Shown here piece by piece: positions 51,401 to 58,995 of a stretch of 64,000 nucleotides of DNA. The translations under genes and the position numbers were made by a program. The DNA comes from Mobula hypostoma. Its lineage: Eukaryota. The stretch's first letter is position 1. Each line of letters begins with the position of its first letter. The DNA lies in contig NC_086109.1 of NCBI RefSeq assembly GCF_963921235.1, positions 14,076,001-14,140,000 of the forward strand, in the 5' to 3' direction. The notes beneath the pieces are model-generated. The model worked only from the letters and a program-made list of their open reading frames with translations. It searched no databases and was not told the origin of the DNA.

Positions 51401-54400
51401 ACAATAGTCATAGTCATACTTTATTGATCCCAAGGGAAATTGGGTTTCGTTGCAATTGCACCAACCAAGAACAGTATAAATATAGCAATATAAAACCATA
51501 AATAATTAATTAATAATATATAAATTATGCCAGGAAATAAGTCCAGGACCGACCTATTGGCTCAGGGTGTCTGACCCTCCAAGGAAGGAATTGTAAAGTT
51601 TGATGGCCACAGGCAGGAATGAGTCTCTGGCTGAATGTACTCCTGTGCCCAACCAGTACATTATGTAGTGGATGGGAGACATTGTCCAAGGTGGACAGCA
51701 TCCTCTTTTCAGACACCACTGTGAGAGGGTCCAGTTCAATCCCCACAACATCACTGGCCTTACGAATGAGTTTGTTGATTCTGTTGGTGTCTGCTACCCT
51801 CGGCCTGCTGCCCCAGCACACAACAGCAAACATGATAGCATTGGCCACCACAGACTCGTAGAACATCCTCAGCATCGTCCGACAGATGTTAAAGGACCTC
51901 AGCCTCCTCAGGAAATAGAGATGGCTCTGACCTTTCTTGTAGGCAGCCCAATAGGCTGGGATTGTCGTCTTTGGAGCAGTGGAAGCTGAAGAGGGACCTG
52001 ATTGAGCTATACCAAATTTTGAGGGGCATAGATAGGGGAGAGGGTGAGAGACCTTTCTTCCCTCACTGGAAAGATGTCTAAAAATACCAGTTTTAAGCAG
52101 ATGGCTTAATCACAGAAGCTTAAACACATTGGTGGTATCTATAGGAGGCGATGGCTCAAGGTGGCAACATTTGTCATCAAAGATCTCCATCATCCAGGCC
52201 ATACAATTTTTACACAGCTTCTATCAGCCAGCAGGTACAGAAACCTGAAGTCCCAATAACTGCTACTTCCCTTTAACCATGTAGTTCCTGAACCAACCAG
52301 CAAAACCCTAACCACTCACTGTCACAACACTGTGACCATTTTCAACGAAAGAGATTCTACAGATGCTAAAAATCTTGAGCAGGGTGTATAAAGTCCTGGA
52401 ATAACCCAGAAAGTGAGGCAGCATTTATGAAGGGGAATACAGCTGACGTTGCAGGCTGAGACCTTTCATCACGACTCATGACTATTTTAACCAAAGTTCA
52501 AAGTACATTTATTATCAAAGTATGACGGTTATACAACCTTCAGATTTGTCTCCTAACAGGCAGCCATGAAGCTCAGAGCAGAGCAAAGAGCCGAACCGTC
52601 CCATCCCTTGCCCTGACACCCTGACCTTTACACAAACAAGAGAAAATCTGCAGATGCTGGAAATCCGAGCAACACACACAAAATGCTGGAGGAACTCAGC
52701 AGGCCAGGCAGCATCTATGGAAAAGAGTCAACAGTTGACCTTTCGGGCCGAAACCCTTCAGTAGGAGTGGCCTTTTCAATGACTTTGCACTTCGATAGAG
52801 AATCTTAGAGCATGTAAAAAGGACTTTGGCCCAACTTGTCCCTGCCAACTGTGTGGCTTGTAGATCTAAACACACCTGCCCACGTTTGGTCCACGGCCCT
52901 TGAACCTCTCCTATCCACATACATATCTAAATGGCTTTCAAACAATATTAATTTATCTACTATTTCTGACAGTTCATTCAAAATCTCACCACCCTTTGCA
53001 TGAAGAAGTTACCCCGATGTCTCTTTTAAACCTATGCCACCTGTTGTTAGCACCTCCTCCCTGGGAAATAGACTTTAGTTTTCTAATTGCGTATAATTCT
53101 GTATAATTTATGTTTGATTTGGGCACATGGCCAAGAGGTTAAGGCATTCGTCTTGTGATCTGAAGGTTGCTAGTTCGAGCCTCAGCTGTGGCAGCGTGTT
53201 TGTGTCCTTGAGCAAGGCACTTAACCACACATTGCTATAGTGTCTGTGCGAGGAGTGGTGCCCCACACAGACTTCCGATCTGTGCCTTGTAAGGCATGAA
53301 AGTGCCCGACACAGGCCTCTCAAAGGTCTGAGTCGACGCTCCTTCCCTATGTTTGATTTGTACTTTCATTATATATGTTTGTGTATCTGATGTTTTGTGC
53401 CTGAGATGCTGAGGCAAGTCAGCTTTGCCATTGCAAATGTTTCTTCATGTACTTGTGCATGTGACAATAAGCTCAACTCTGAATTGGACTAAGGTGAGAA
53501 GTAGAAACATTGGTGGGGTAGAGGTTTCCTGAGGAAGATCTTTCATCCAGAGAATGGTTAGAATCTGAAGCCCGTTGCTCGAGAAGGTAATGGAGGGCAG
53601 GCACATCTAAAAAGTACCTGGACCAGCACATGGGTCCCAAGACTGCAGACTAAAGCCTGGTTTATATTTCTGCATTAACTGGATGCCGTAACCTACGCAA
53701 GTAGCCTTTGGGCGTTGGTGTGTCTGCGTCGCTCGGCAATACGCGCATTTCGTGCATGCACACTCACCTGCCCGCGCAAGGCTTCATGGTCATGGTAGTC
53801 TCGGGGTAAATAAGACAGAAGCGTCTATTTTTCATAAAAGCGAAATGTGTCCTCCATAATTTCGGAGGTCTGTAAAGCTTTATGGAAAGCATTGCAGCCA
53901 GAGTTCCTTCCCTGCCCTTCAGTCGCCCAATGGGAAGCTATTGCAGCGTAGGAGGAAATGCGATGCTACCAAGCAGACCAATCATAGCTCTTGAGTTCTG
54001 CGTTGCCACGACGCGCGGTTACATTTTGAGAGAGGTGCGCATCGCAGCAATGCAAGCTCACACGTAGCGTTCTGCATCGGCTTTGCGGCGATGCAGACCT
54101 TACGGCGATGCGTTGACACTGAAGTATAAACCAGGTTTTAGTGCTGGTAAATGGGATTGGCAGACATGGTCAGTATGGATGTGGTGGGCCAAAGGGCCTG
54201 TTTCTATGAGCTGATGAAACATTCACTATATTTCCCGCCGCTCGCTTCCACAGGCAGCAAGACCAAGTTCACCTTCACCCCTCAGAGGTGATGTACGCCG
54301 GACAGCTCGGGATGGGCTCCGTCCCGCTACAGCAGGCAGTGTCGGAACAGTACCGGCCCTGCAGCCCCGACCCCAGCATGCCTGTGATCCTGAACACGCG

Positions 54401-54539
54401 GAGCCTCAAGTCAGAGCAGGCGGACATGAAGGAAGCGCAGCTCTCCGAAGCCAACGGGGAGATGTACGAGTACGGCGAGGAGGACGATTCCGATGTGGAA
54501 TATCGCAGTGATGGCGAGCATGTCGTGCTGACCGACTAA
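198..54539 (+). CDS. SOX13: SoxD-group HMG-box transcription factor, SOX13 orthologue; 13 coding exons join(198..419,11622..11724,15324..15410,16598..16770,18882..18950,21884..22001,25110..25186,26728..26893,34782..34897,40003..40099,40881..41045,50122..50338,54254..54539), 1896 nt, 631 aa
   Basis: All exons have canonical AG/GT boundaries and the phases chain into one open frame. Peptides [71 protein letters not shown] and terminal DGEHVVLTD* match recalled SOX13 rather than SOX5/6. Confidence 0.93.
1415..1640 (-). mobile_element. HE1/V-SINE-like repeat (further copies about 16960-17150 +, 27000-27250 -, 35070-35370 -, 38060-38350 -, 44670-44860 +, 50545-50700 +)
   Basis: Recurrent TGTGGGAGGAAACCGGAGCACCCGGAGGAAACCCAC...GGGAGAACGTACAAACTCC domain with a GGAATTGAACCC B-box complement. 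Confidence 0.7.
2654..2878. mobile_element. Older fold-back PLE-derived mini-element with degenerate hammerheads
   Basis: Same arms (GGAGGAGCTCAGCAGGCCAGGCAGCATC and its complement); degenerate TSD GGAYAACTTAYTT. Confidence 0.7.
3068..3368 (-). mobile_element. tRNA-derived SINE
   Basis: Same tRNA-like head and core as 53122 and 30210, with a different tail. Confidence 0.8.
4030..5029 (-). mobile_element. CR1 LINE 3' fragment with inverted 5' segment (about 4749-5029 on +)
   Basis: VIHFGRRN...RDLGVLV...[13 protein letters not shown]...LERVQRR on -; the preceding RT motifs (TSGV..GSV.GP, KF.D.TK) are on +. Confidence 0.85.
10627..11385. mobile_element. Non-autonomous hAT (Charlie-like) element containing a nested TIR element at 10757-11262
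   Basis: TIRs CAGCGGTCCCCAACC / GGTTGGGGAACCCTG; perfect 8-bp TSD GTTTATGG; inner TIRs TAGGGTTGCCAACT / AGTTGGCAACCCTA. Confidence 0.88.
11622..11724 (+). CDS. SOX13: SOX13 coding exon 2 ([11 protein letters not shown]...[11 protein letters not shown])
   Basis: CTAAC branch point, CAG acceptor, donor G|GTGAGT; phase 0 to 1. [11 protein letters not shown] resembles SOX13 EKLDFNRNLKE. Confidence 0.82.
14120..14843 (+). mobile_element. Rex1/Babar-like LINE fragment containing a short hammerhead-bearing PLE piece (about 14325-14420)
   Basis: [49 protein letters not shown], (TTTGAAC)n tail. Confidence 0.8.
14918..14997. mobile_element. 80-bp hAT-Charlie-type MITE (other copies about 3704-3787, 12520-12585, 24380-24445, 42143-42220)
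   Basis: CAGGG..CCCAACC TIRs; flanks GTCTGGAA and ATCTAGAA resemble the NTCTAGAN Charlie target. Confidence 0.75.
15324..15410 (+). CDS. SOX13: SOX13 coding exon 3 ([30 protein letters not shown])
   Basis: TTCTGCAG acceptor, AAG|GTACAA donor, 87 nt, SoxD-conserved peptide. Confidence 0.93.
16598..16770 (+). CDS. SOX13: SOX13 coding exon 4, leucine zipper ([14 protein letters not shown]...ARQQQEQ)
   Basis: CAG acceptor, CAG|GTAAAT donor; near-identical to the SOX13 coiled coil. Confidence 0.96.
17225..17680 (+). mobile_element. PLE 3' terminal repeat fragment (hammerhead core mutated to CTGGCGA), interrupted by a ~40-bp LINE tail at about 17391-17430
   Basis: Colinear with 62240-62631; the insert CATAGTCATAGTCATACTTTATTGATCC matches the LINE end at 51406. 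Confidence 0.75.
18882..18950 (+). CDS. SOX13: SOX13 coding exon 5, Q-box ([23 protein letters not shown])
   Basis: Not in the ORF track; read by hand. ACAG acceptor, CAG|GTAAGA donor, 69 nt. Confidence 0.96.
21128..21197. mobile_element. Tc1/mariner MITE of ~65 bp; a second copy at about 20670-20731
   Basis: TACTGTGCAAAAGT / ACTTTTGCACAGTACTG inverted termini. Confidence 0.65.
21884..22001 (+). CDS. SOX13: SOX13 coding exon 6 ([22 protein letters not shown]...SCKP)
   Basis: TTTCAG acceptor, CAG|GTAAGT donor; matches SOX13 QVNMPYVMIPAFP...CKP. Confidence 0.95.
25110..25186 (+). CDS. SOX13: SOX13 coding exon 7 ([26 protein letters not shown])
   Basis: Long pyrimidine tract plus CAG, CAG|GTAAGT donor; phase 1 to 0 fits both neighbours. 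Confidence 0.88.
25205..26260 (-). mobile_element. Internally deleted Rex/Babar-like LINE with a probable GC-rich 5' end
   Basis: CITVWYG-type and SLPIIEDIF coding remnants; the minus strand begins GTCAAGATGGCGCC. Confidence 0.55.
26728..26893 (+). CDS. SOX13: SOX13 coding exon 8 ([14 protein letters not shown]...LLTR)
   Basis: TTTAG acceptor (TAGGAG tandem), GAG|GTAACT donor, QPLNLTAK motif. Confidence 0.92.
29580..30805 (-). mobile_element. CR1 LINE fragment interrupted by a SINE
   Basis: DFQKIFDK...[10 protein letters not shown] and [20 protein letters not shown] in the ORF track. Confidence 0.85.
30210..30501 (-). mobile_element. tRNA-derived SINE
   Basis: A box TGGCCAAGTGG and B-box-like head, GTGTCCTTGAGCAAGGCACTTAACC core, (TTAAC)n tail, 13-bp TSD TCCACCTATCTTT. 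Confidence 0.85.
32125..32380. repeat. Degenerate CTGT-rich tandem repeat
   Basis: Recurring GTCTGTCCCTGTCCCTG.GCAACTG.CTGTCTC units. Confidence 0.8.
34782..34897 (+). CDS. SOX13: SOX13 coding exon 9 ([20 protein letters not shown]...GRKEK)
   Basis: CTCCAG acceptor, AAG|GTCAGT donor. Supplies the required phase 1 to 0 bridge; QDTVGKA resembles SoxD QDTVMKA/DAVTKA. Confidence 0.8.
35520..35655. mobile_element. Fold-back PLE-derived mini-element lacking the hammerhead
   Basis: 47-bp near-perfect stem with 6-nt loop; 14-bp TSD TCAATCAATCTGTT at 35506-35519 and 35656-35669. Confidence 0.85.
38398..39156. mobile_element. Tigger/pogo-like non-autonomous element
   Basis: Imperfect TIRs (TAGTGGATTTTGGTTAATTGGG / CCCAATTAAGTGGAATCATCTG), TA flanks, repeated CCCAATTAAG sub-terminal motifs. 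Confidence 0.6.
39570..39814 (-). mobile_element. Tc1 transposon left end with transposase N-terminus
   Basis: CTCAGTGGCCACTTTATTAGGTACACC terminus; [33 protein letters not shown]. Confidence 0.8.
40003..40099 (+). CDS. SOX13: SOX13 coding exon 10 ([16 protein letters not shown]...DFNIGNDSE)
   Basis: CTAAC branch point, CCCCACAG acceptor, AAG|GTATGT donor, 97 nt, phase 0 to 1. Confidence 0.85.
40881..41045 (+). CDS. SOX13: SOX13 coding exon 11, N-half of HMG box ([36 protein letters not shown])
   Basis: RPMNAFMVW Sox signature, SoxD-type [16 protein letters not shown] donor. Confidence 0.97.
41197..42118. mobile_element. Second (Poseidon-like) PLE remnant with inverted terminal repeats and a different, degenerate hammerhead
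   Basis: Arms 41787-41910 and 42005-42118 are inverted; CTGAGGA-tgtcacc-tcgact-ggtggt-GGAA-cGTC-tgc; [11 protein letters not shown] resembles the C-terminus of a Poseidon endonuclease. Confidence 0.65.
41240..41786 (+). mobile_element. L1-clade LINE 3' fragment
   Basis: [20 protein letters not shown]...LEKIR...KFEETWKPF (L1 ORF2 end), T-rich 3' UTR, AATAAA at 41765, A-rich tail, 14-bp TSD GATGCTACGGTGCT at 41226-41239 and 41787-41800. Confidence 0.85.
42333..43001 (-). mobile_element. Neptune-type PLE 3' fragment with terminal tail hairpin, inserted in a CR1 LINE
   Basis: GIY-YIG C-terminus (LPVATHFNS...MNIDFSNFR) on -; 17-bp TSD AAAGGGACATTGATAGC at 42316-42332 and 43002-43018. Confidence 0.88.
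42393..42430 (-). ncRNA. Minimal type I hammerhead ribozyme motif
   Basis: Reverse complement reads tagtc CTGACGA a gggc-ctcg-gccc GAAA c GTC gactg; stem II is fully Watson-Crick. Confidence 0.75.
45520..45870 (+). mobile_element. SINE-like repeat with RTE-type tail; inverted homologue at about 22540-22900
   Basis: The ORF track shows both copies (MKPWEQV..GR.SS); AGTGGTTTGCCATTGCC RTE-like tail. Confidence 0.65.
46920..47590 (+). mobile_element. Rex/Babar-like LINE 3' fragment (related pieces about 27400-27890 -, 33100-33555 -, 48400-49060 -)
   Basis: [26 protein letters not shown] and IIKDPT.P...LPS.RR motifs. Confidence 0.7.
48152..48375. mobile_element. Fold-back PLE-derived mini-element with two back-to-back hammerhead motifs
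   Basis: Inverted arms of ~90 bp; 15-bp TSD TAAGGTGCAATGGAA at 48137-48151 and 48376-48390. Confidence 0.85.
48247..48282 (+). ncRNA. Minimal hammerhead motif in a fold-back mini-element; a second copy on - at about 48207-48245
   Basis: agtc CTGACGA a gggt-tcca-gccc GAAA c GTC gact. Confidence 0.7.
49380..49670. repeat. C-rich minisatellite (CCCCACTCTCCCCCT... units); G-quadruplex-prone on -
   Basis: Direct reading of the tandem units. Confidence 0.9.
50122..50338 (+). CDS. SOX13: SOX13 coding exon 12, C-half of HMG box ([42 protein letters not shown]...)
   Basis: TTTTTCAG acceptor, GG|GTGAGT donor, 217 nt. Confidence 0.97.
51406..51940 (-). mobile_element. Rex1/Babar-like LINE 3' fragment
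   Basis: [21 protein letters not shown]...INKLIRKAS...SHPLH; (ATGACT)n tail. Confidence 0.82.
53122..53347 (+). mobile_element. tRNA-derived SINE
   Basis: TGGCCAAGAGG A box, AGTTCGAGCC B box, same core, 13-bp TSD TATGTTTGATTTG. Confidence 0.85.
53651..54140. mobile_element. Non-autonomous TIR DNA transposon (superfamily uncertain), ~110 bp upstream of the last exon
   Basis: TAAAGCCTGGTTTATATTTC / GAAGTATAAACCAGGTTTTA termini; CpG-rich interior. Confidence 0.75.
54254..54539 (+). CDS. SOX13: SOX13 terminal coding exon (QQDQVHL...[10 protein letters not shown]...DGEHVVLTD*)
   Basis: CCACAG acceptor in phase 2; SOX13-type DPxMPVIxNT and VVLTD stop. Confidence 0.94.
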
Positions 54540-56830
54540 TGGCAGCCATCACTCTGTCAGTGAACGATTTGAACCCTTTCCAGCAATAGCTGGGCCAGTG
54601 TGTTTCTCCTGTCCTCCCCTGGCTGAGCAGAGCAGCCTGGGAAGGTCTTACTGATCAGATCTGGGAATGGAGGGCAGATTGGGGCATTGAGTGGGGAGGA
54701 GGCCATTAATCTGCCCTCAGGTTCATCGCAAATATGCTCACTTCATGGAGCTTTGAAGGACACCACGATGGAAGGCAGAGGTCAGTGAGCTAGGATGTTG
54801 TGAGTGCAGTCAGGACAGACGAAACATCTCCTGTATACGAATACTCGGGTCTCCCGTCTACTCCTTTGTTTCAGTCCAGGACTTGAAGTTCACACAGCCC
54901 AGTTAATTGATGATTTGTAGGACTTTCCCCAACAACAGAGTCCAGTCCCATGACAAGAGGGCACCACACCCACCGTGTCTTTGAAAGCCCTTGCAATGAG
55001 CTTTCCAGTTGCTCCTTTCCCCAGAGGCTTAGGACTTATTCCTTTGCAAATATATATCCAGATATCCCAAACCCGGCTCCACTACTTACTGTGGATGAGC
55101 TGGGCAACTCTATTCTATCAAGGCTGGCTGCAAAGTGATCCATGATCCCAGTCCTTTCACTGGCATCCAGCTTGACCATGGTTGTTGTTCTATGAACCAT
55201 TCTCCCCACCCCTACTCCGACCTTAGTTTCTGTCAAGTGCACGCCCAAGGGAGACAGTGGAACATACTTCCACAGAGCTAGTGTGGACACAGCTGCCCTG
55301 TCACCGGAGCATTAACATCCAACATAAGCAGAAGAGATTCTGCAGATGCTGGCAATCCAGAGCAATGCTCACACACACACACAAGATGCTGCAGGAGCTG
55401 AGCAGATCAGGCAGCACCAATGGAGAGGAATAAACAGTCGACGTCTCCAGGCCGAGACTCTTCAACAGGACATCTTATCTTCCAATTTGCGGTTACGCCT
55501 GTGAGACCGAAGTACAACTTCCTTTAGCTGCTTTTCTGGACGAGACCGTGCCCACAGCCATGGTCATTTTCTACATCTCCACTCGTGTCATGGACCCGTC
55601 GAGTCGTGCACCTTCCACCCATCTCATTCATGCTGACTGTGTCGCTCTGTGAGATAATCCTATCTGCCCACATTTGGCCCAGGGCCCTCTAAACCTCTCC
55701 TGTCCAGGAACTTTTAAGTACATGGCTTTTAAGTGCTGCTCATGTGCCCACCTCAACCACTGTTTCTGGCAGCTCACTCCAGCCTTTACGTGAAGTGGTT
55801 GACACTGACGTCCCTTTTAGACCTCTTGCCTCTGATCTTAAACCTATGCTTTCTTGTTTTTAACACCAGCTCCCTGGGAAATAGACTATATGCCTTCACC
55901 CTGTCTCATGATCTTATATACCTCTATCAGGTCACCCCCCCACCCCCATCTCCTCCATTCAAGGGGATGAAGTCCTAGTATATGTAGCCTCTCCTTGTAG
56001 CTCAGGTTCCCATTGTCCAGGCAACATCTTGGTAAGAGTCAAATCCAATTAGAGCTCTCATATGCTGGCAGATTCAAATCCTCCCACCATTTCCCCCTCC
56101 CCCTCTGTTTTCCTAGCAGCCTTTTTATCCTTATTGTTGTACTTTCATGGGGATTGTAGCCTGATACTGGACCGTCTCTACAGTTGTAGATGGAATGGAT
56201 TGCTCTAGTTTTATAGTTGACACCCTGTCCCTGCCAGCCAGTCAAGTTGGAATGAGCTGCTCTCTTGGTCACGCGGTGCAAGAGAAAGCTGGCCTGATTG
56301 GATGGGAAAGATTCCCACTGCATGCTGGACACAGACACTCCTCAAATACTGCTGTTCCCTCAGGTACTCAATGGTATGTTTTGAAAAAAAAAGATGTCAA
56401 TATTTGTATAAAGAGTTAAAAAAAAATGTAAGATTGCGACCTGTTTACTGTGTGTTTGTGTGTATGTGTGCGTGCATGCGCGAGTATATTTTCTAACTGC
56501 AAGGGCATTCTTCAGTTTCTCCTCCTCCAGATCTCAGCTGAGAAATGGCTGTCAATACAGGGCTTTAATTTATTTTGTTTCCAGGGTCTATTAAACGCTT
56601 CTGCCCTGGTCATTCTGTTTCCATTCAGTCCAAGAGAGCTTGGTGTGGGGGTATTCAGAGACCTTTGACTCACGTTAAAGGACCCTCTACCTAAGCTACA
56701 GCAACTTTGAGAGAGGTTTTTCTAAATTGTATTTGCTGTAATCTTTATACTTTCTACTTTTCTCTTTACTCTAATTAGATAATGCTTTCCAGAGAATGGG
56801 GAGGTAGCATAAACACATTGGTGTTTGGAG

Positions 56831-57048
56831 CAACACACACAAAATGCTGGAGGAACTCAGCAGGCCGGGCAGCATCCGTGGAAAAGAGTCAACAGTCGAC
56901 ATTTCAGCCCAAGACCGGTCCTGATGAAGGGTCTCGGCCCGAAATGTCAACTGTTTACTCTTTTCCACAGATGTTGCCCGGCCTCCTGAGTTCTTCCAGC
57001 ATTTTGTGTGTGTTGCTGGGATTTCCAGCATCTGCAGAGTTTCTCTTG
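56831..57048. mobile_element. Fold-back PLE-derived mini-element in the probable SOX13 3' UTR
   Basis: Inverted arms; CTGATGA...GAAA at 56921-56944; 13-bp TSD TTGGTGTTTGGAG at 56818-56830 and 57049-57061. Confidence 0.85.
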
Positions 57049-57274
57049 TTGGTGTTTGGAGGCTGGCTGTCAAACTGTGTTTCATGATGTTCCTGTAAAG
57101 CAGGCTTTGAAGGTGTGTTACTGCAAAAGCTTCTGCCGCCAGGCTGTTGTAAATTGACATCAGTAACACTTGGGAATGGTGGATACTCTGATCACAGACT
57201 GGCAAGTCGACGCATTGATCTCAGACATGCTAAGGATGGCCTGCAGACACTTGGGGCAATGTGACTTTTCTATA

Positions 57275-57516
57275 CTCATCTATCTATCTATCTCCATCTC
57301 TCTCTCTATCTGTATCTCTATCACACTCTGCCTCTCGCTATCTCTCTCTCTTTATCTTTCTCTATCTCTATCACACTCTGCCTCTCTCTCTATCTGTATC
57401 ACACTCTTCCTCTATCTCTATCTCTCTGTCACACTCTGCCTCTCTCCTTCCCCACACCAGTGACCTGTGGAAACCTGATCAATATTCTTTCTGTTTCTGT
57501 AGCATCAACTTTCTTC

Positions 57517-57547
<31 letters not shown>
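57275..57547. repeat. CT-rich minisatellite (TCTCTATCACACTCTGCC) followed by (TG)n
   Basis: Direct reading. Confidence 0.85.
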
Positions 57548-57551
<4 letters not shown>

Positions 57552-57638
57552 ATGCTTCCTCTGCCCTGAGCAAATTGTGTGCAATTGTGTTGTATAGACC
57601 AGTCAATGCAAGTTGTTGCAGAATAATGTTACAAAGAA

Positions 57639-57644
57639 ATTAAA
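57639..57644 (+). terminator. Candidate SOX13 polyadenylation signal ATTAAA (implies ~3.1 kb 3' UTR); alternative AATAAA near 58094
   Basis: ATTAAA followed by T-rich and GT-rich downstream sequence in a repeat-free stretch. No transcript evidence. Confidence 0.45.
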
Positions 57645-58404
57645 CTTGTAATACTTTTTTTAAAATCAACTTTTTTCAGTGTTTTTAGTTTCTGTTAATT
57701 TGGGAGGGAGGAAAGATTGGAAGCCAGTTGTGAAATACAGTTCCCTTAGCGTGAAGTTTTACCTCCTTTTGAGATTTTGAGTTTGGAGTGACGGATCAAG
57801 ATTTTCTGTTACATGGCGTGAGACCTTATCAAACTTTTAATTTAAGTGTACGTTTGTTCTCTTTGTGACCTGCTCCACATGGGTCTTCACAAATGCTTGT
57901 ACGTAGATCGTACTGAATTCATTACCAAAAGCTGTTGTGGCATGACAGCATTTTGTTTAAGATGAAAATTGGATATAAAAAATTGACAATGTGAATCTGT
58001 TTTGATTTATACAGTGTAATATATGACCATGCTTCTGTTAACGAGAGAAGAGATCTCCCATTAGGGGTGGTTTAAATTTATTAGTACATTCAAAATAAAG
58101 TAGAAAATGACAACTACTTGTTCCCTTTGAGTTTTATTTCCTGACTTCAGTTGCAAAACTAGAAGGTGTTTTGTCTTGGGGATTGAAATCGGAAAAAGCG
58201 TTGGAGAAGTTCTGCAGGACAGACAGCATCAGCTGAGGTAGAAACAATTCAGGTCCTCTCTCCATATATGGTACAGAGAACACAGCCAGCAAGGAGCTTC
58301 AGAGTGGACTTAGCAGAGCTAGAAGGGGACATGGGAGTAGGATTAAAGAAAATCCCAAGGCATTCTACACCTACATGAAGAACAGCAGGATGGTCAGTGA
58401 GTGT

Positions 58405-58995
58405 TGGTAAATGTCATGTTAGCATTCATTTCTAGAGGTCTAGAATATAAAAGCAAGGATGTAATATTGAGGTTTATAAAGCACTGGTGAGACCTCACTT
58501 GGAGTATTGTGAGCAGGTTTGCACCCCTTATCTTAGGAAGGATGTGCTGCAAATAGAGAGGGTTCAAAGAAGGTTCATGAAAATGATTCCAGGGTTGAAC
58601 GGCTTGTCATATGAAGACTGTTTGATGACTCTGAAATTCAGAAGATTGAGGGGTGTCCTCGTTAAAGCCTATTGAATGGCCTTGAAAGAGTGGATGTGGA
58701 GTAGATATTTCCTATGGTGGGAGAATCAAAGACCAGAGGTCACAGCCTCAGAATTGAGGGACGTCCTTTTAGAACAGAGAGGAGGAAAATTTTCTTTAGC
58801 CAGAGAGTGGTGAATGTGTGGAGGCCAAGCCTTTATCTATTTATAAGACAGAGGTTGATAGATTCTTGATTGGTCAGGGCATGAAAGGAAACGGGAAGAA
58901 AGCAGGAGACTGGTGCTGAGAGGAGAATTGGATCAGCCATGATGAGATGGCGGAGCAGACTTGATGGACCAAATGGCCTAATTCTGCTCCTATGG
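58405..58995 (+). mobile_element. CR1 LINE 3' fragment
   Basis: [31 protein letters not shown]; 3' end GGCCTAATTCTGCTCC. Confidence 0.85.

Noticed and set aside
53122..53195. Possible tRNA genes here and at the other SINE heads
   Set aside because: They continue into SINE bodies, two with TSDs, and lack a complete cloverleaf.
198..54539. Assignment to SOX5 or SOX6
   Set aside because: Diagnostic residues ([35 protein letters not shown]) and the compact exon structure favour SOX13.
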